Source of the DNA: Eledone cirrhosa
Lineage: Eukaryota
DNA: 64,000 bases
Direction: 5' to 3'
Assembly (NCBI GenBank): GCA_964016885.1
Contig: OZ024742.1
Span: forward strand, 251,224,001-251,288,000
The translations under genes and the position numbers were made by a program. Shown piece after piece: positions 41,788-56,229 of this stretch (position 1 is its first letter; each line of letters starts with the position of its first letter). Under the pieces are notes generated by a model. It was not told the origin of the DNA and did no database searches. It saw nothing but the letters and a program-made list of their open reading frames with translations.

Positions 41788-42457
41788 GTTTCTGATTTAG
41801 GCACAAGGCCAACAATTTGGGATGAATGAAAAGTCGATTATATCAACCCCAGTACTTGACTGGTACTTTATTTTATCAACCTCTGCAGGATGACAGGCAA
41901 AGCTGACCTCAGTGGGATTTGAACACAGAATATACAGAGCCATAACTAAATTCCGCAAAAGATTTTGTCGGATGTCTTTAATTCTGCCAAACTAGTGCCC
42001 TTTAAATAAAATAAAAATAATAATAATAATAGTTTCTGATTTAGGCACAAGGCCAACAATTTTTTTGGGGGGAAGGGAAAGTTAATTAAATCAACTCCAG
42101 TGCATTACTGGTACTTTATTTTATTGGCCCTGTAAGAATGAAAAGCAAAGCTAACATTGGCAAGATTTGAATTCAGAACGTAAAGGGAAGTGACTAAACA
42201 CTGCAAAGCATTTTGTCTGATGCTCTAATGACTCTGCCAATCCACCACCCTATAATGATAATAATAATTGTTTCTACTTTTGGCACAAGGCCAGCAATTA
42301 TCCCAGTGCATTACTGGTACTTTATTTTATTGCCCCTATAAGGATGAAAGGCAAAGTTAACCCTGGCGGGATTTGAACTCAGACCATTAAGGGGCATAAC
42401 TCTATGCTGCAAAGCATGGTGTCCAACCTTCTACCGAAACTGCCAATCCACTGCCCT
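41475..42457 (-). mobile_element. Cluster of five co-oriented SINE family A copies separated by (TAA)n
   Basis: Repeated ggcacaaggcca...ggtactttattttatc...gatttgaactcag units. Confidence 0.88.
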
Positions 42458-42500
42458 TAATGGTAATAATGATAATAACGACAATAATAATAACAATGAC

Positions 42501-42547
<47 letters not shown>

Positions 42548-42704
42548 GTGACAAAAGAGCAGCCAGAACTGAATATAGCAGCAACAGCATTAATAGTAGT
42601 AAAAGTGTCAGCATTGTGAGCAGAACATTGAAAAGAAACCACAATTGAATTAAAGATATAGGACAGGCAGACAGACAGACATGTGGCAGTGTAAGTGTGT
42701 GATA

Positions 42705-43285
42705 GAAGAAGAAGAAGAAGAAGAAGAAGAAGAAGAAGAAGAAGAAGAAGAAGAAGAAGGGGAGAAAAGGAGGAGGGGGGGGAGAAGGAGAAGTGGGGGG
42801 AAGAAAAGGAGGAGGAGGAGGAGGGGGGAGAAGGAGAAGAGAAGGGGGGGACGAAGAAGAAGAAAAGGAGGAGGAGGAGGAAGAGAAGGAGAAGTGGAGG
42901 GGGAGAAGAAAGAGAGGAGATGAGGAGGGGGGAGAAGGAGGGGGGGAGAAGGGGAGGAGGGGAGACAAAGAAGAAGAAGAAGAAGAAGAAGAAGAGGAGG
43001 ATAATAATAATAATAAGAAGAAGAAGAAGAAGAAGGGGAGAAAAGGAGGGGTAGGTGGAGGGGGGAGAAGGAGAAGTGGAGGGGAGAAGAAAAGGAGGAG
43101 ATGAGGAGGAGGATGAGGAGGGGGGAGAAGGAGAAGAGGAGGGGAGAAGAAGAGGGGGAGAAAGAGAAGGGGGAGAAGGAGAAGGGGAGATGGGGGAGAA
43201 GAAGAAGAAGAAAAGGAGGAGGAGGAGGAGGAGGAGGAGGAGGAGAAGAAGAAGAAGAAGAAGAAGAAGAAGAAGAAGAAGAAAT
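42705..43285. repeat. Polypurine (GAA/GGA)n tract
   Basis: Almost exclusively G/A on the + strand. Confidence 0.9.
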
Positions 43286-45242
43286 AAAAAATGTCTACTC
43301 ACTCATTGTATATAACGAATGCCCTGATGTGGCACAAGTTATGCGAATCTTAGGGAGAAAAAGACAAATTGTTAGAGAGAAAGAAACACCGATACATATT
43401 AATCACAAGATATATAAATATGAAACCCATAAGTTTATGAAGATATAAGGGAAGTTTGGACATTTGAAAATCTATTTGCTTTTCTTAAGCTGACACAATG
43501 CATATTAACTATAAAAGCAATGCACTGCGCCTATATATATACACAGCCACAGCATACATAGATTTTCATTGGGTGCCTAGATATAATGCCCCCTCCCTAG
43601 GTAACTGTCCCATGTGCTGATACCTTATGGCGGTTCTAATTTAGCCTTGGAAATGGAAAAAAAGGTGAGCAGATGTGTCCACTGTTCTGTCTCCAAGAGT
43701 AATTTACCCAACTTACTTCATTATTCTATAGTTAATATTAATTGTGGAACTTTCATAATTATAAATATCATAAAAAATATGGTGATTTTCCAGAAATCAT
43801 AAGTGATAACATGCAAGTTGCAATGACTGATCATAGAAATAAGATGATACAATGATGAACAGCAGCAAGGGGAGGTGGGAGAGAAAGGTAACAACAATAT
43901 CCTATGCTTTTAGAATTATTATGGAAGGAAAGGGACCTTCTTTGTCTATTATTAGCTATGTGCTTTGCACCCATTACTGACTAACATGAATATGCCTGTC
44001 TGAGGCACAAACCTAGTCAGGGTATTTTGTGGAAGACCAACAGTTGACCATGCATACAAGTTTCTCTCTGAACAAAACTGTTGTCCAAAGGATAGTCAAA
44101 GGCTGATACAGCATGGCACCTGTGTCATCATAACCAATCAACTGGTCCAGAAATCGAACCCATGCTCTTATGATCATGATCTGACACCCTAACCACTAGG
44201 CCATGCACCTTCACTGACATGTTAATATATAATTAATTATCCTAGCCCCACTAAAATTAATAAACTTTACCTGTTGGTTGGTATTGCTCCAACCTGATAG
44301 CAGGAGAAATGTTGCCAGCAAAGCCAAAATACAAAAGCAGATGTCTGATAAAATACATCCATTGTATGGATATCAACAAATACAAAAATTAAAATTGATT
44401 TTAAAAAGTTTCATAATATCCACTATTCCTGTAGATGCTTTCAGAGAATCCACCCACACACAAATACAGGAGGAGACAAGTTTTTTATGTCAATTTTCCC
44501 TGCTAAAGAAAGGGTTAACCTTGCAGGCTCCATGGCAGGCTTCATGGGATCATTTTTCAGGTAATTTTTTTATAACCAGGTACCCTTTTTGGTGCCAAGC
44601 CATTTAGTCATGCAGGGATACAATGTATTTATTCTTAACCAGATACATACAGAAATTATTAAAGCAAAGATAAGTAAACATTCCAGTAATGCTAAATATA
44701 ATGGAAATAGCAGAACATCTGTAAAAGTGCTCAGCGTCCACAGACGTGAGGGGAATGTCTTAATTGACTTTTGTTGAATTAGAAATACCAGAGATGTGAG
44801 GAATGGGGAACCTATTGAATTGATGGAACAGGTATCGGCTGATTACAGAAGCCAAACAATGAAAGGACGAGGAAAATCATGCCACTTTTACCTCCTTACA
44901 GACAACTGATGCTGGACACTAGGTCTGAACACAGAAGAGCCGAACTCTCACTGTCATCGCCTCCATCTCTCTCACCCTCCCCCTCTCTGTATTATGAGCA
45001 AATTGGGTCCCTCATGCTGGACACCCCATCGCCCCGGCGGACAGAATGGGGATATATGTAATCTTCTTTCTGTGACTATACATCCATCCCTAGACCCTTA
45101 ACTGGTTATGCAGTGATAGAAGCTCTGTAATTAACATTTAAATCTAGCAAAACTTACACCTCTAGGTCTGAACATAGCTGATTTCTTCTGCAGAGAGAGA
45201 GTGGGGGTGGGCCATTAACTCATGGAGCAATAGAGGCTCTTA

Positions 45243-45520
45243 TCATCATCATCATTTTACATCCTTTTTTGTCTAGCTTGCAAGGGTGGGACGAGTCCTC
45301 TTCAGCACAACATCTCTCCATTCATCACGGTCCTTAGTTATGTCCTCTGTGAGCTTCAGCTATCTGAGGTCAGCTCTCACCACCTCTGCCCATGCTTTTC
45401 ATGGTCTTCCTCTACTATGTCTTCCTTCCAATGAGATTTCTTGGCACTTCTTTACTCAGCGGTCATCTTCCATGCGCATCACATGGCCATACCAACGCAG
45501 TCTTCTCTCCTGCACACTAC
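45243..45520 (-). mobile_element. RTE LINE 3' fragment with (GAT)n tail
   Basis: Minus strand [28 protein letters not shown]; same family as 13312-13947. Confidence 0.8.
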
Positions 45521-45609
45521 AATTAAATCTGGCAAAGTGAAGAAAGGCAGAAACACAAAACCTTTTAATCTGATGTTCTAATGAGTCTGCCAATTCACTG
45601 CTTGTGACT

Positions 45610-45782
45610 ATGGAACAATCCATTCCATGAGTGCCCTATGGAACTATTCATTCCATGAACAATCTACCCTGTAGAACAATCTACTCAATGAATGCCCAGT
45701 GGAACAATCCATTCCATGAGTGTCCTGTGGAACAGTTCACTCTGAGTGCTCTACAGAACAGTCCACTCCATGAATGCCCTGT
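45610..45782. repeat. Degenerate ~29-bp tandem repeat
   Basis: tggaacaatccattccatga(g/a)tgccc recurring. Confidence 0.65.
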
Positions 45783-46264
45783 TAGTTTGTGTTCTTGTTG
45801 TTGGGATGATTTAAGAAATGGTAAATTTTGTTTTTCAATTAAGGTTAATAACAACAACACAACAATGGATAAGTGTTTTAAGGCCATTTTCCCTGCTGAA
45901 GCAGGGGTTAGCCTTGTAGGCTCTATTATAAGCTTCATACATATCATAGGATCCTTTCTGGGACAATATTTTACAGCTGAATACCCTTCATAGTGCAAAC
46001 CCTTTAGTCACCTTTTACAATATGCAGGGAAATGGTGTATCTATTCTAAATCAGACACCCATGGTATGTATATCAATTAAAAAGACAAAAATAAAATCAT
46101 CATCATCATTAACTAATGTCTATTTTCCCTGCTAGCAAGGGAATTGTTGACAAAATATTTTCACTTTGTAGCTTGAATAGTTTCTGAAATTTTACAGTTG
46201 AGTGACACACTAACATTTAAACAAACTAGATAAAAAGATGTCATCAAATTTCTTGGTGATTGGT

Positions 46265-46685
46265 CATGGAGGGATAGGGAGGTTTTATGCATAGGGATAT
46301 TTTGTGTATGGATAGGAAGATTTTATGTATAGATAGAAAGTTTTTATGTATGTAGTGCAAGGTTTTATGATTTGGGAGTTTTTATGGATATGTTGAGAGA
46401 TTTTTGGGGATCAGGAGTTTTATGGATGGGTTGAGAAGGGGGTTTATGCATTGAGAGATTTTATAGATAGGGAAGTTTTACATATGGATTGAGTGTTTTA
46501 TGGATAGGAGGTGTTATGGATATGAATGTTTTATGGATAGGGGGTTTTATGGATAGGAGGTGTTATGGATATGGAAGTTTTATGGATAAGGGGTTTTATG
46601 GATAGGAAGTGTTATGGATATGGAGGTTTTATGGATAGGGGGTTTTATGGACAGGAGGTGTTATCGATATGGAGGTTTTCTGGTC
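46265..46685. repeat. Degenerate ~18-19-bp tandem repeat
   Basis: ggttttatggatagg / gtgttatggatatgg units. Confidence 0.75.
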
Positions 46686-48170
46686 AGTAATAGTTTGTGT
46701 CAGTAGAAACAGACATCAGTTAACTCTATACAAAGTTCAACTGAGACCCACAATGGAGTACTGCTACAACATCTGAGACACAATTGATGCTATATAGACA
46801 TGCATACTAGACCCACAATGAAAAAGAAAGCCATTTGACTGATTGGCATAAAATCACTAATCAACACACTTCAGCCTGTAGCTCACAAACATGCTGTCTC
46901 CTAACTCTGCATCTTCTCCCATTACTGGTTGGTCTTCTTTGACTGTCACTCAAGCTCAACCAACTCACTGATCTCTGCTTATCTCATCATACCTACAAAC
47001 ACCAAGCTGCACACCTAGTGTTTGCTCCTCTAGACTGTAGGCTCTCATTGTATCCCCTCTTTGATACTTCTTTGACATCGACCATCTCAATTGCTCCCCA
47101 TCATCCATATTTATAGCTACCCCATCATGCTATTTCTTTTACAATTTCCTTACCAACAACCAGTATGTAGCTGCCTATTACTGTCTTTCTTCCATTGCTT
47201 GCTCCACTACCATCTTATCACTCTGTTACCACCATCACAATCATACACCTGCCTTTCATTCTTTTTACTGTCAATCATGATTGCCATGAAAGAACAGAGC
47301 CAATAAGGAGGACTCTTTAGTCTTGTTGGGGACAAGACAACCTTTATCGTGTCAGTCGTGTTTGCCTTGAAAGACCAGAGACTGTGGAATAGAGAAGACT
47401 TTTTAGTCTTGCACATGACAAGACAACTTTTCTAGTGTTGGTGCCACAATAAAACACACTCAGTACATTCTGCAAAGTTGTTAAATCTAAGAAGGGCATA
47501 CAGACATAAAAACCATAGCAGAAATGAAACTTATGAACAAGACATACTCCTCCGACCCATCTAGCAGGGTAGCGGTTCTGAATAAGAACTGTAACAACCC
47601 ATTCAACCCAAGCTGACATGGAAAGTGGAATATAATGATGATGAAAGACTATATTATAAGATGACTCAATGTTTCGGTGTACATCTATGAGTTGACTACC
47701 ACTGGTAATTACTGGTCCTGGCTGGTCGCTCATAATAATATATTATATTATACCTTATCACAATATCATTCAGTTTTGAAACAGAGCAGTTTACACCACT
47801 GCTGTCACCAACACCAACATCGCCAACAACACATCTACTATCATCAATATCACCATCACCATATCCACTATCACCAACACCAACACCAAAATCACCGGCA
47901 ACACTATCACCAACACCAATACCACCAGCATCACATCACCAACACAGCAAACCACCGCCAGTATCACCAACACCATTTGTACCACCAACACGACTCACTA
48001 CCACCACTATTACAACTACAACCACCATTACTATATATTTAATATATAGTTACATACATATTTAAAATACATACGTATAATGCATAAATACATACATATA
48101 ATATATGTATGTATATATTATACATCCATATAAAATACATTATATATATATATACACACATTTATATATT

Positions 48171-48251
<81 letters not shown>

Positions 48252-48331
48252 CATGTATATAATGTATATATATGTACATCTAGAGAAATACTCATAGGGA
48301 AAGATAGATAGATAGATAGATAGATAAATAA

Positions 48332-48398
<67 letters not shown>

Positions 48399-48582
48399 AA
48401 CAGACGCGCGCGCACACACATGTGTATGTGTGTGAATACATACATATACAGAGCAAGATAGATTGATCTACAGTGATTCAAATAGATAGACAGACTGATA
48501 TATATGTGTGTGGATAGAAAGACAGATACGTATGTACGTAAGGAGACAGTGGATTATTGACAGTGTGTATGAGTGTGTGTGC

Positions 48583-48655
<73 letters not shown>

Positions 48656-48933
48656 ATCTTTGTAAAAGATGAATAGTATAACAGTTGTTGTTTAGCCCTA
48701 GGTATGTCTTGACCTTATGCTCAAAGGCACATTTAAGCTGTAATCATTCCACCTAATATCGTAGACTGACTACGCGTTATATAATGTATCCTTCCTTTTA
48801 AAAAGACGATAGGATGTAACTGGAAGGTGATTTGGCTGCTGGAACTAGCTAGTCATACGACCGCCTATAATCTTCCTCCTTTGTCGTGTGGAAACAATGT
48901 AATTATAATCTAAGGGTATACGTGATACACACA

Positions 48934-48994
<61 letters not shown>

Positions 48995-49231
48995 GTATAG
49001 GGTGTACAGCAACGGTGTGTAGATATGAATGGAAAGGGTAGAGGAGACAACGAAGAAATAAAACGGGTCGGTTGCATATAGACAGAAAGAATATATATAT
49101 GTATATATATATATATAGATATTTTTACATATATACACACATATATATATATACATATATATATATATACACACATATATATATATTTACATATATACAT
49201 ATATATATTATATATATATACCTATATATAC

Positions 49232-49290
<59 letters not shown>

Positions 49291-49382
49291 TATACATATA
49301 TACATATATATACATATATACACATATATATATATACACATATATATATATATACATATACATATACATATATATATGTAAT

Positions 49383-49416
<34 letters not shown>

Positions 49417-49442
49417 TATACATATATATACATATATATATG

Positions 49443-49490
<48 letters not shown>

Positions 49491-49562
49491 TATACATATA
49501 TACACATATATATATACACATATATATATATATACATATACATATACATATATATATGTAAT

Positions 49563-49596
<34 letters not shown>

Positions 49597-49622
49597 TATA
49601 CATATATATACATATATATATG

Positions 49623-49686
<64 letters not shown>

Positions 49687-50079
49687 TATATATGTAATTA
49701 CACAAACCTGTCATGACATATATATATTATATATCAATGGAGACAATTAGACAATTACCTGTCTTCGTTCCATTGAAGCTTCCTGATTCCTCAAGAAACG
49801 GTTCACAACAGCTCGCACTCACCGATCTATATAGTATACGCACACACATATATCTACACACTTGTCCCGCTCTCTTTCTCCTCCCACCCTCTCTTTATTT
49901 TACTATACATCATTTACTTTGTTCTACACCGTCTCCGTTGCCATATTTTTTTTTTAGGTAACGCTTTTACACCTGTGCTTATATCTGATAATGCGTCATA
50001 CACACTGACACACGCAGACACACCCACAAATGCACACATGATCTTCTCCCATCTCTGTGTATGTGCATGTATACATTCA

Positions 50080-50157
<78 letters not shown>

Positions 50158-50199
50158 TATAGAAATGGCTTCTACAGGACTAGAACTGTTTCATTCAGG

Positions 50200-50230
<31 letters not shown>

Positions 50231-50598
50231 TATAGAAATGGCTTCTACGGGACTAGAACTGTTTGATTCGTGATATATATATATATATATAATTCAAATA
50301 AAAAACAGTTAAAAACTCTCGTTAATACCCTGTAATTAATGAGCTCAAAGTATAAAAACTGGGCTTTTTATAATATAATATATAGAAATAAAGACACAGT
50401 GAAGTCTGTTTTGAATTGCATGGGTTGAAAAACAAACTATCTGTAGCTTGTCCAGGATGTTAATAGTTATTGAAATGGTTAGTATATTATTTTAATTCAT
50501 TTATTCCGGTTAATGTGTATTTTCCGTTTGTTCATAGATTATATGCACTGCACAAAGCGGTGGTTTTTTCAACTCATGTAATTCAAAACACACTTCTT

Positions 50599-50639
<41 letters not shown>

Positions 50640-50689
50640 ACAAAGAAGTGTGTTTTGAATTTTTTTAATATATATATATATATATATGT

Positions 50690-50747
<58 letters not shown>

Positions 50748-51166
50748 GTGTGTGTGTGCATGGATGTAATTCATTCATTTTGTACGGGAAAAATAAAACG
50801 AGGACCAAACCAACTTTACTAAAAATTACGCAAAAATGGAAAATTTCTAGAAGTTTACCCAAGATTACAGATACAAGTGTGTATGTATCGTCATCATCAT
50901 TATCCTTTTTGTGGCCACTTTGTCCACACTGGCATCGGTTGGACGGGATATTTGAAGACAATATTTTACAGCAAGATACCCTTCCCCTTCCTGACTCCAG
51001 CCCTTATGTCACCTCATAACACATGCAGCGATGCGGATTATCTAGTCTAAAAACCAGGATAGGTACGGCATAAATGTATGTATACAAATGATTCTACATA
51101 GCAAAATTATAAAATTAAATTTTTATAGAATACCAACTACAAGTTAAGTCATTCTTTTCCCGTTTT

Positions 51167-51223
<57 letters not shown>

Positions 51224-51381
51224 TATATCTACTGCAAATATTTGTCGAGTGCTTTATATCAGTTATAAAAATATTTGCTTGTTGTATCCCAACAATTTAA
51301 ATAAAACTTTTGCGTATATATATATATATATATATATTTTATTAAATATCATTTTATCAAATGATTCTATGGACTTACTTT

Positions 51382-51494
<113 letters not shown>

Positions 51495-51524
51495 GTGTGT
51501 GTTTATGCATACATATGTATGTGT

Positions 51525-51830
51525 GTGGCTTTGTGGTTAGGGTATTTGGCTCAAGATAGTAAGATCGAGAAGTTCGATTCCCGGTGGTGCGTTGTCTTTG
51601 CGCATGGCACTTTATTTCATGTTGCTTCTATCCACTCAGGCTAGCAAAAATTAATTGTACTGTAATTCGAAGAGCCAGCCTTGTCACATTCTGTATTACA
51701 CTAAATCTCCCGGAGAAATACGTTAAGGGTACGCGATTCTGTTGACTGCTAAGCCACTTGCACGTTAATTTCACGAGCAGGCTGTTCCGTTGATGGGTCA
51801 ACTGTAACAATCAACTGTAACCGACGAAAG
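51525..51830 (+). mobile_element. tRNA-derived SINE family B
   Basis: tggctttgtggtt A-box, agttcgattcc B-box, cacgttaatttcacgagca core shared with 62560-62845 (-). Confidence 0.7.
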
Positions 51831-52031
51831 GCCACTCTATGTGTATGTTTCTGACATACATACATACATACATACATACATACATACATACATACATACA
51901 TACATACATACATACATACATACATACTTACATACACACATACATACATACATACATACATACATACATACATACATACACACATACATACATACACACA
52001 CACATACATACATACATACATACGTACGTAC

Positions 52032-52079
<48 letters not shown>

Positions 52080-52288
52080 GTATGTATATATCCATACATA
52101 AGAATTACATTATGTATTCTAACCCATGCTAGTGTGGAAGAACGGACGTAAAACGGTGATGATGATGATGATGATGATTCACTCCAATAATTACATCACC
52201 ACAATTACAGAAACACTGCCTTACACATATATACACCCACACTGCAGTATATTATACACAGAACAGACTGCATATATCACAACACAGG

Positions 52289-52341
<53 letters not shown>

Positions 52342-52420
52342 CTGCCTGTATCTATCGTAGTTATGTTATATGTATAGCCCGTGCCTTCGATCGGTTTTCT
52401 TGGTGTCACTTTATAACTGT

Positions 52421-52462
<42 letters not shown>

Positions 52463-52519
52463 GAGAAAGAGAGAGAAATTTCTCCGGCATTTTATTATCT
52501 TAAATACACATATATATAA

Positions 52520-52574
<55 letters not shown>

Positions 52575-52646
52575 CGGGTGAGATGTTACTAGTTAAAATT
52601 AATAAATACTTTATATTTAAGGAAAGTAGAGGGGATATATATATAT

Positions 52647-52780
52647 ATATCGCAGAAACTTGATACTCTTTCCAATAGAGTTTATTATTTATTGGAAAGA
52701 GTCACGTAATGCACTGGGTAATTGCTGGCCTTGTGCCTAAAGTAGAAACAATTATTTATTGGAAAGAGTATCAAGTTTCT

Positions 52781-52787
<7 letters not shown>
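52647..52787. repeat. Short hairpin cassette in (TA)n interrupted by a SINE-A 3' fragment with 19-bp TSD
   Basis: Arms atatcgcagaaacttgatactctttccaata / tattggaaagagtatcaagtttctgtgatat; TSD attatttattggaaagagt 52684-52702 and 52751-52769. Confidence 0.85.
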
Positions 52788-52827
<40 letters not shown>

Positions 52828-52837
<10 letters not shown>

Positions 52838-53150
52838 GAAATGACAGGAGGCTGGATTTGTGTAAATCCTTGAAAGGTTTATTATACTATGATCATTTCA
52901 ATGACCGGGTTCCGTATGAATCCGGTGATATCATCAGGTCATTGAAATGATCATAGTATAATAAACCTTTCAAGGTTTTACACAAATCCAGCCTCCTGTC
53001 ATTTCATTATAATATTTAACTCCGTAATAGCACCACCAACTACAAAAACAAAGACGGTTGAACTGCTTTACGTTGAGTACTCTCTATATTATTGCATTAC
53101 GATTGACCATACGGAATAGACCAGCTCTATACAGTGGTGAACCTCAAACC

Positions 53151-53155
<5 letters not shown>
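52828..53155 (-). mobile_element. Fold-back cassette: 79-bp arms whose loop is a degenerate hammerhead core, plus ~140-bp extra tail
   Basis: 52828-52906 vs 52937-53015 (1 mismatch); minus-strand loop CTGATGA-tatcaccggattcatac-GGAAC-CCG-GTC. Confidence 0.75.
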
Positions 53156-53225
<70 letters not shown>

Positions 53226-53500
53226 TTTAAAATGCCGAAGTTTTTTTTACACTGCACCTCACTATTATGATTTGGAAAGTTTGGGCATTCGGCGGTCCCT
53301 GTATTAGCTATTATGTCATTCTTTACACGACGGTATGTGGGCGGAATAATATGGATTTGGGTGCTCTAAGTAATTAAACAATTAGGTAGAAGGTCTCGTG
53401 TAGTAAGATTTATGCTGTGGGAGCAGGTAGTATATGAAATAGGTCACAGGATGTGGACGTAATATACAGGTGGAAGAGGGCCGTTAATATATATATATAT

Positions 53501-53532
<32 letters not shown>

Positions 53533-53772
53533 TATATCTGAGTCCTGTATTTTCGTTGCTCTAGTGATGCGGCTGGACTGCCGATCGCTATATTTGATTT
53601 GCTAAGCTGTCTAAACGTATTGTTATTACTCTGGGGTACTTTTCCCCATCCGAGTGCTACAGACCGAATTTGCATTCATTAGCTTGGCCGCGAACTAAAG
53701 CTTCGTTAATGCTGTACTAAAATTTATATATATATCTATATCTATATATCTATCTATATATCTATATATATA

Positions 53773-53841
<69 letters not shown>

Positions 53842-53958
53842 TTGCGAGATTTTTTATATGAAATCGTGTGTCGAAACAAATATTGTTATACTAGGGAAGG
53901 GTCATATTTGTGTAATATTGCCAGAATTAATAACAGAACACACTCACTGTTTGGTTGG

Positions 53959-54178
53959 ACGAAAAAACGGTTCAGTACTATACGAACATGCCAGACAACA
54001 ACATGACGGTAACATAGACAACATAGAAATTAGAATAATATCTAAACATAGAAATGACCCAGCAGATAGGCAAATCAGAGAGGCCAGTGAAATAGAACTT
54101 AGAAGGCCAAGGCTAAACAGAAAGAATGAATGGAATAACAACACCCAAACAAACAACACTGACCTAAGAGAAGTATAA
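53959..54178 (+). pseudogene. Penelope-type GIY-YIG endonuclease C-terminal fragment
   Basis: H..xH, RQIxEA.xI, LNxKxEW pattern. Confidence 0.75.
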
Positions 54179-54433
54179 ATAAATAAATAGATAAATAAAT
54201 ACATACACAAGCACAATAACAACAAACACATATAAACACACACTGGTAAAGATAGAATACATTAACCAATACACAGCCACCCAATCACGAACACACATCA
54301 AACAAAACACTATACACACACGCAAACGCATGCGCAAAGAAGACAAAATAAAATAAACAAATAAATAAATATATAAACAGACTAAATAAAGATGGCGTAG
54401 AAAATACAATGCAACGGGAGGAAACAATAGCAC

Positions 54434-54471
54434 CACTGGCGATGTTGCAGATGTGCAACGAAAGAACTTTG
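54434..54471 (+). ncRNA. Minimal hammerhead-like motif with one core substitution
   Basis: CA-CTGGCGA-T-GTTGCA GATG TGCAAC-GAAAGAACTT-TG; perfect 6-bp stem II. Confidence 0.5.
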
Positions 54472-54670
54472 ATAAACTATATATATGTGTTTGTGTCTAT
54501 ATTGTATCTGTATTTTTGACCGTTGGTCAGTCAATGGCAACATTGAGGACCGAATAAATTAGATTACCGATATAAAAGACACAGAAGCGAAAAGCGAAAA
54601 CCAACCAAACAGTGAGTGTGTTCTGCTATTAATTCTGACAATATTACACAAATATGACCCTCTCCAAGTA

Positions 54671-54731
<61 letters not shown>

Positions 54732-54829
54732 TTGATCATGCCTTTATTTTTAAATGTTCTCATTCCTTGTATTTTGATCATGCTTTATTTTTATTTATTA
54801 TTTATTATATTTTTGTCTCTATTTGTTAA

Positions 54830-55017
54830 TTTTTCATTCGCACCGTTTCCTTTCGCTATATGTCTCTCCACCACTCCCCTACACACCTTTTGAACTCTCA
54901 CCTGAAGAAGGGCTTATGCCCGAAACGTCGTCCTCCACCTACCCCCCACTCTCCTGAGCGTGAATTTAATAAACATTTGTCGTACTGCCTCTCTGTTCTG
55001 TCCCTGTTCAATTTTTC

Positions 55018-55020
<3 letters not shown>
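54830..55020 (+). mobile_element. Penelope-like 3' terminal segment with hammerhead core (54902-54929)
   Basis: CTGAAGA-A-GGGC TTAT GCCC-GAAAC-GTC; family match to 7722-7960 (-). Confidence 0.68.
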
Positions 55021-55061
<41 letters not shown>

Positions 55062-55233
55062 CTTGTTTTTTTTAAATTTCTTTTGCAAGATTTCTTATCT
55101 GAAAAAACGTCTGTTGAAGCATTTTTTAAATTGTACTTTGGGAGGGTGATGCTGCTAATAAAAACATACGCACCTGCTGATATTTACTTTCATTTATTAT
55201 AAACTTCTAGTTGGTTAGTTTAATAACCCGATG

Positions 55234-55328
<95 letters not shown>

Positions 55329-55890
55329 GTATATATATGTATGTATGTTTATCCCGGGTTCAATCGGGGGTAACCACAGTAAGTAAGGTACTCAATACAT
55401 AGCAGAGTATAGAGGTTATAGCATTGTCAGGGAGTTCCATAGAGCTAACATTCTGGACAGGAAGGATTAAAGGGCACTGACTCATACACACAGAATTCTA
55501 CCACGACTGGAGCAATGTTTAAACGTGTTTCCAATGGATCAAGCCAGATTAGGGCTGGAATTTTACATAAGCCCCAACAACGAAAACTACCCAATTAAAG
55601 ATTTGTGAAGAGAATATCCTACTTGTTGGAATTGTCACCCAACCTGCTATATATATATAGAATTAGCCGTCGAAACGGCTTGAGCTCAGCCGTCGGGGTC
55701 CTACTCGTTCCTATATATATATTAACTTTAATTATATCTCATAAAATAATACAACTGGTTTTTCCACATTATACATATTGTTAGCACCCCAAACACTTAA
55801 ATTGGGTTTATATTTTAATATAACCTAATGTTTGTTGAGTGAGATGGTTACCAGTCAGAGTTTAGCTTTAAACTATCTCTGTTATTGTAT

Positions 55891-55958
<68 letters not shown>

Positions 55959-56229
55959 CCTTGTTTTCTTATATTGTCAACAATAGCCTCATAGCAGGTT
56001 ATTGAAATAATAAATATATTTAAGTAGCGATCTTGGTTTATTTGTTCATTTAACATTTCACACAACGCTCTATATGGGACAGACCATCACTACACATAAT
56101 TACCCATCCAGCCAACAACATTACAACCACAAATACACTGCCACACCACAATGAACATAAATCGCTGAACAATGGGCAAATACCAATTCACCAACACCAC
56201 CAACTTCCCCAAAATGTATCACTCGCTAC

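Larger units (their letters stand above)
53839..54676 (+). mobile_element. 5'-truncated Penelope-like element with inverted terminal segment, GIY-YIG C-terminus and hammerhead-like motif, in (TA)n
   Basis: ~74-bp inverted ends 53885-53958 / 54601-54674; [13 protein letters not shown]...DRQIREASEI....LNRKNEW; related terminal fragments at about 5906-5940, 55082-55165, 59996-60064. Confidence 0.82.

Noticed and set aside
42402-43448. Poly-E/R/G or poly-P/S/L ORFs
   Set aside because: Simple GAA/GGA/TAA repeats
47677-48042. His/Gln-rich ORF
   Set aside because: Degenerate (CAC/CAA/CAT)n low-complexity tract
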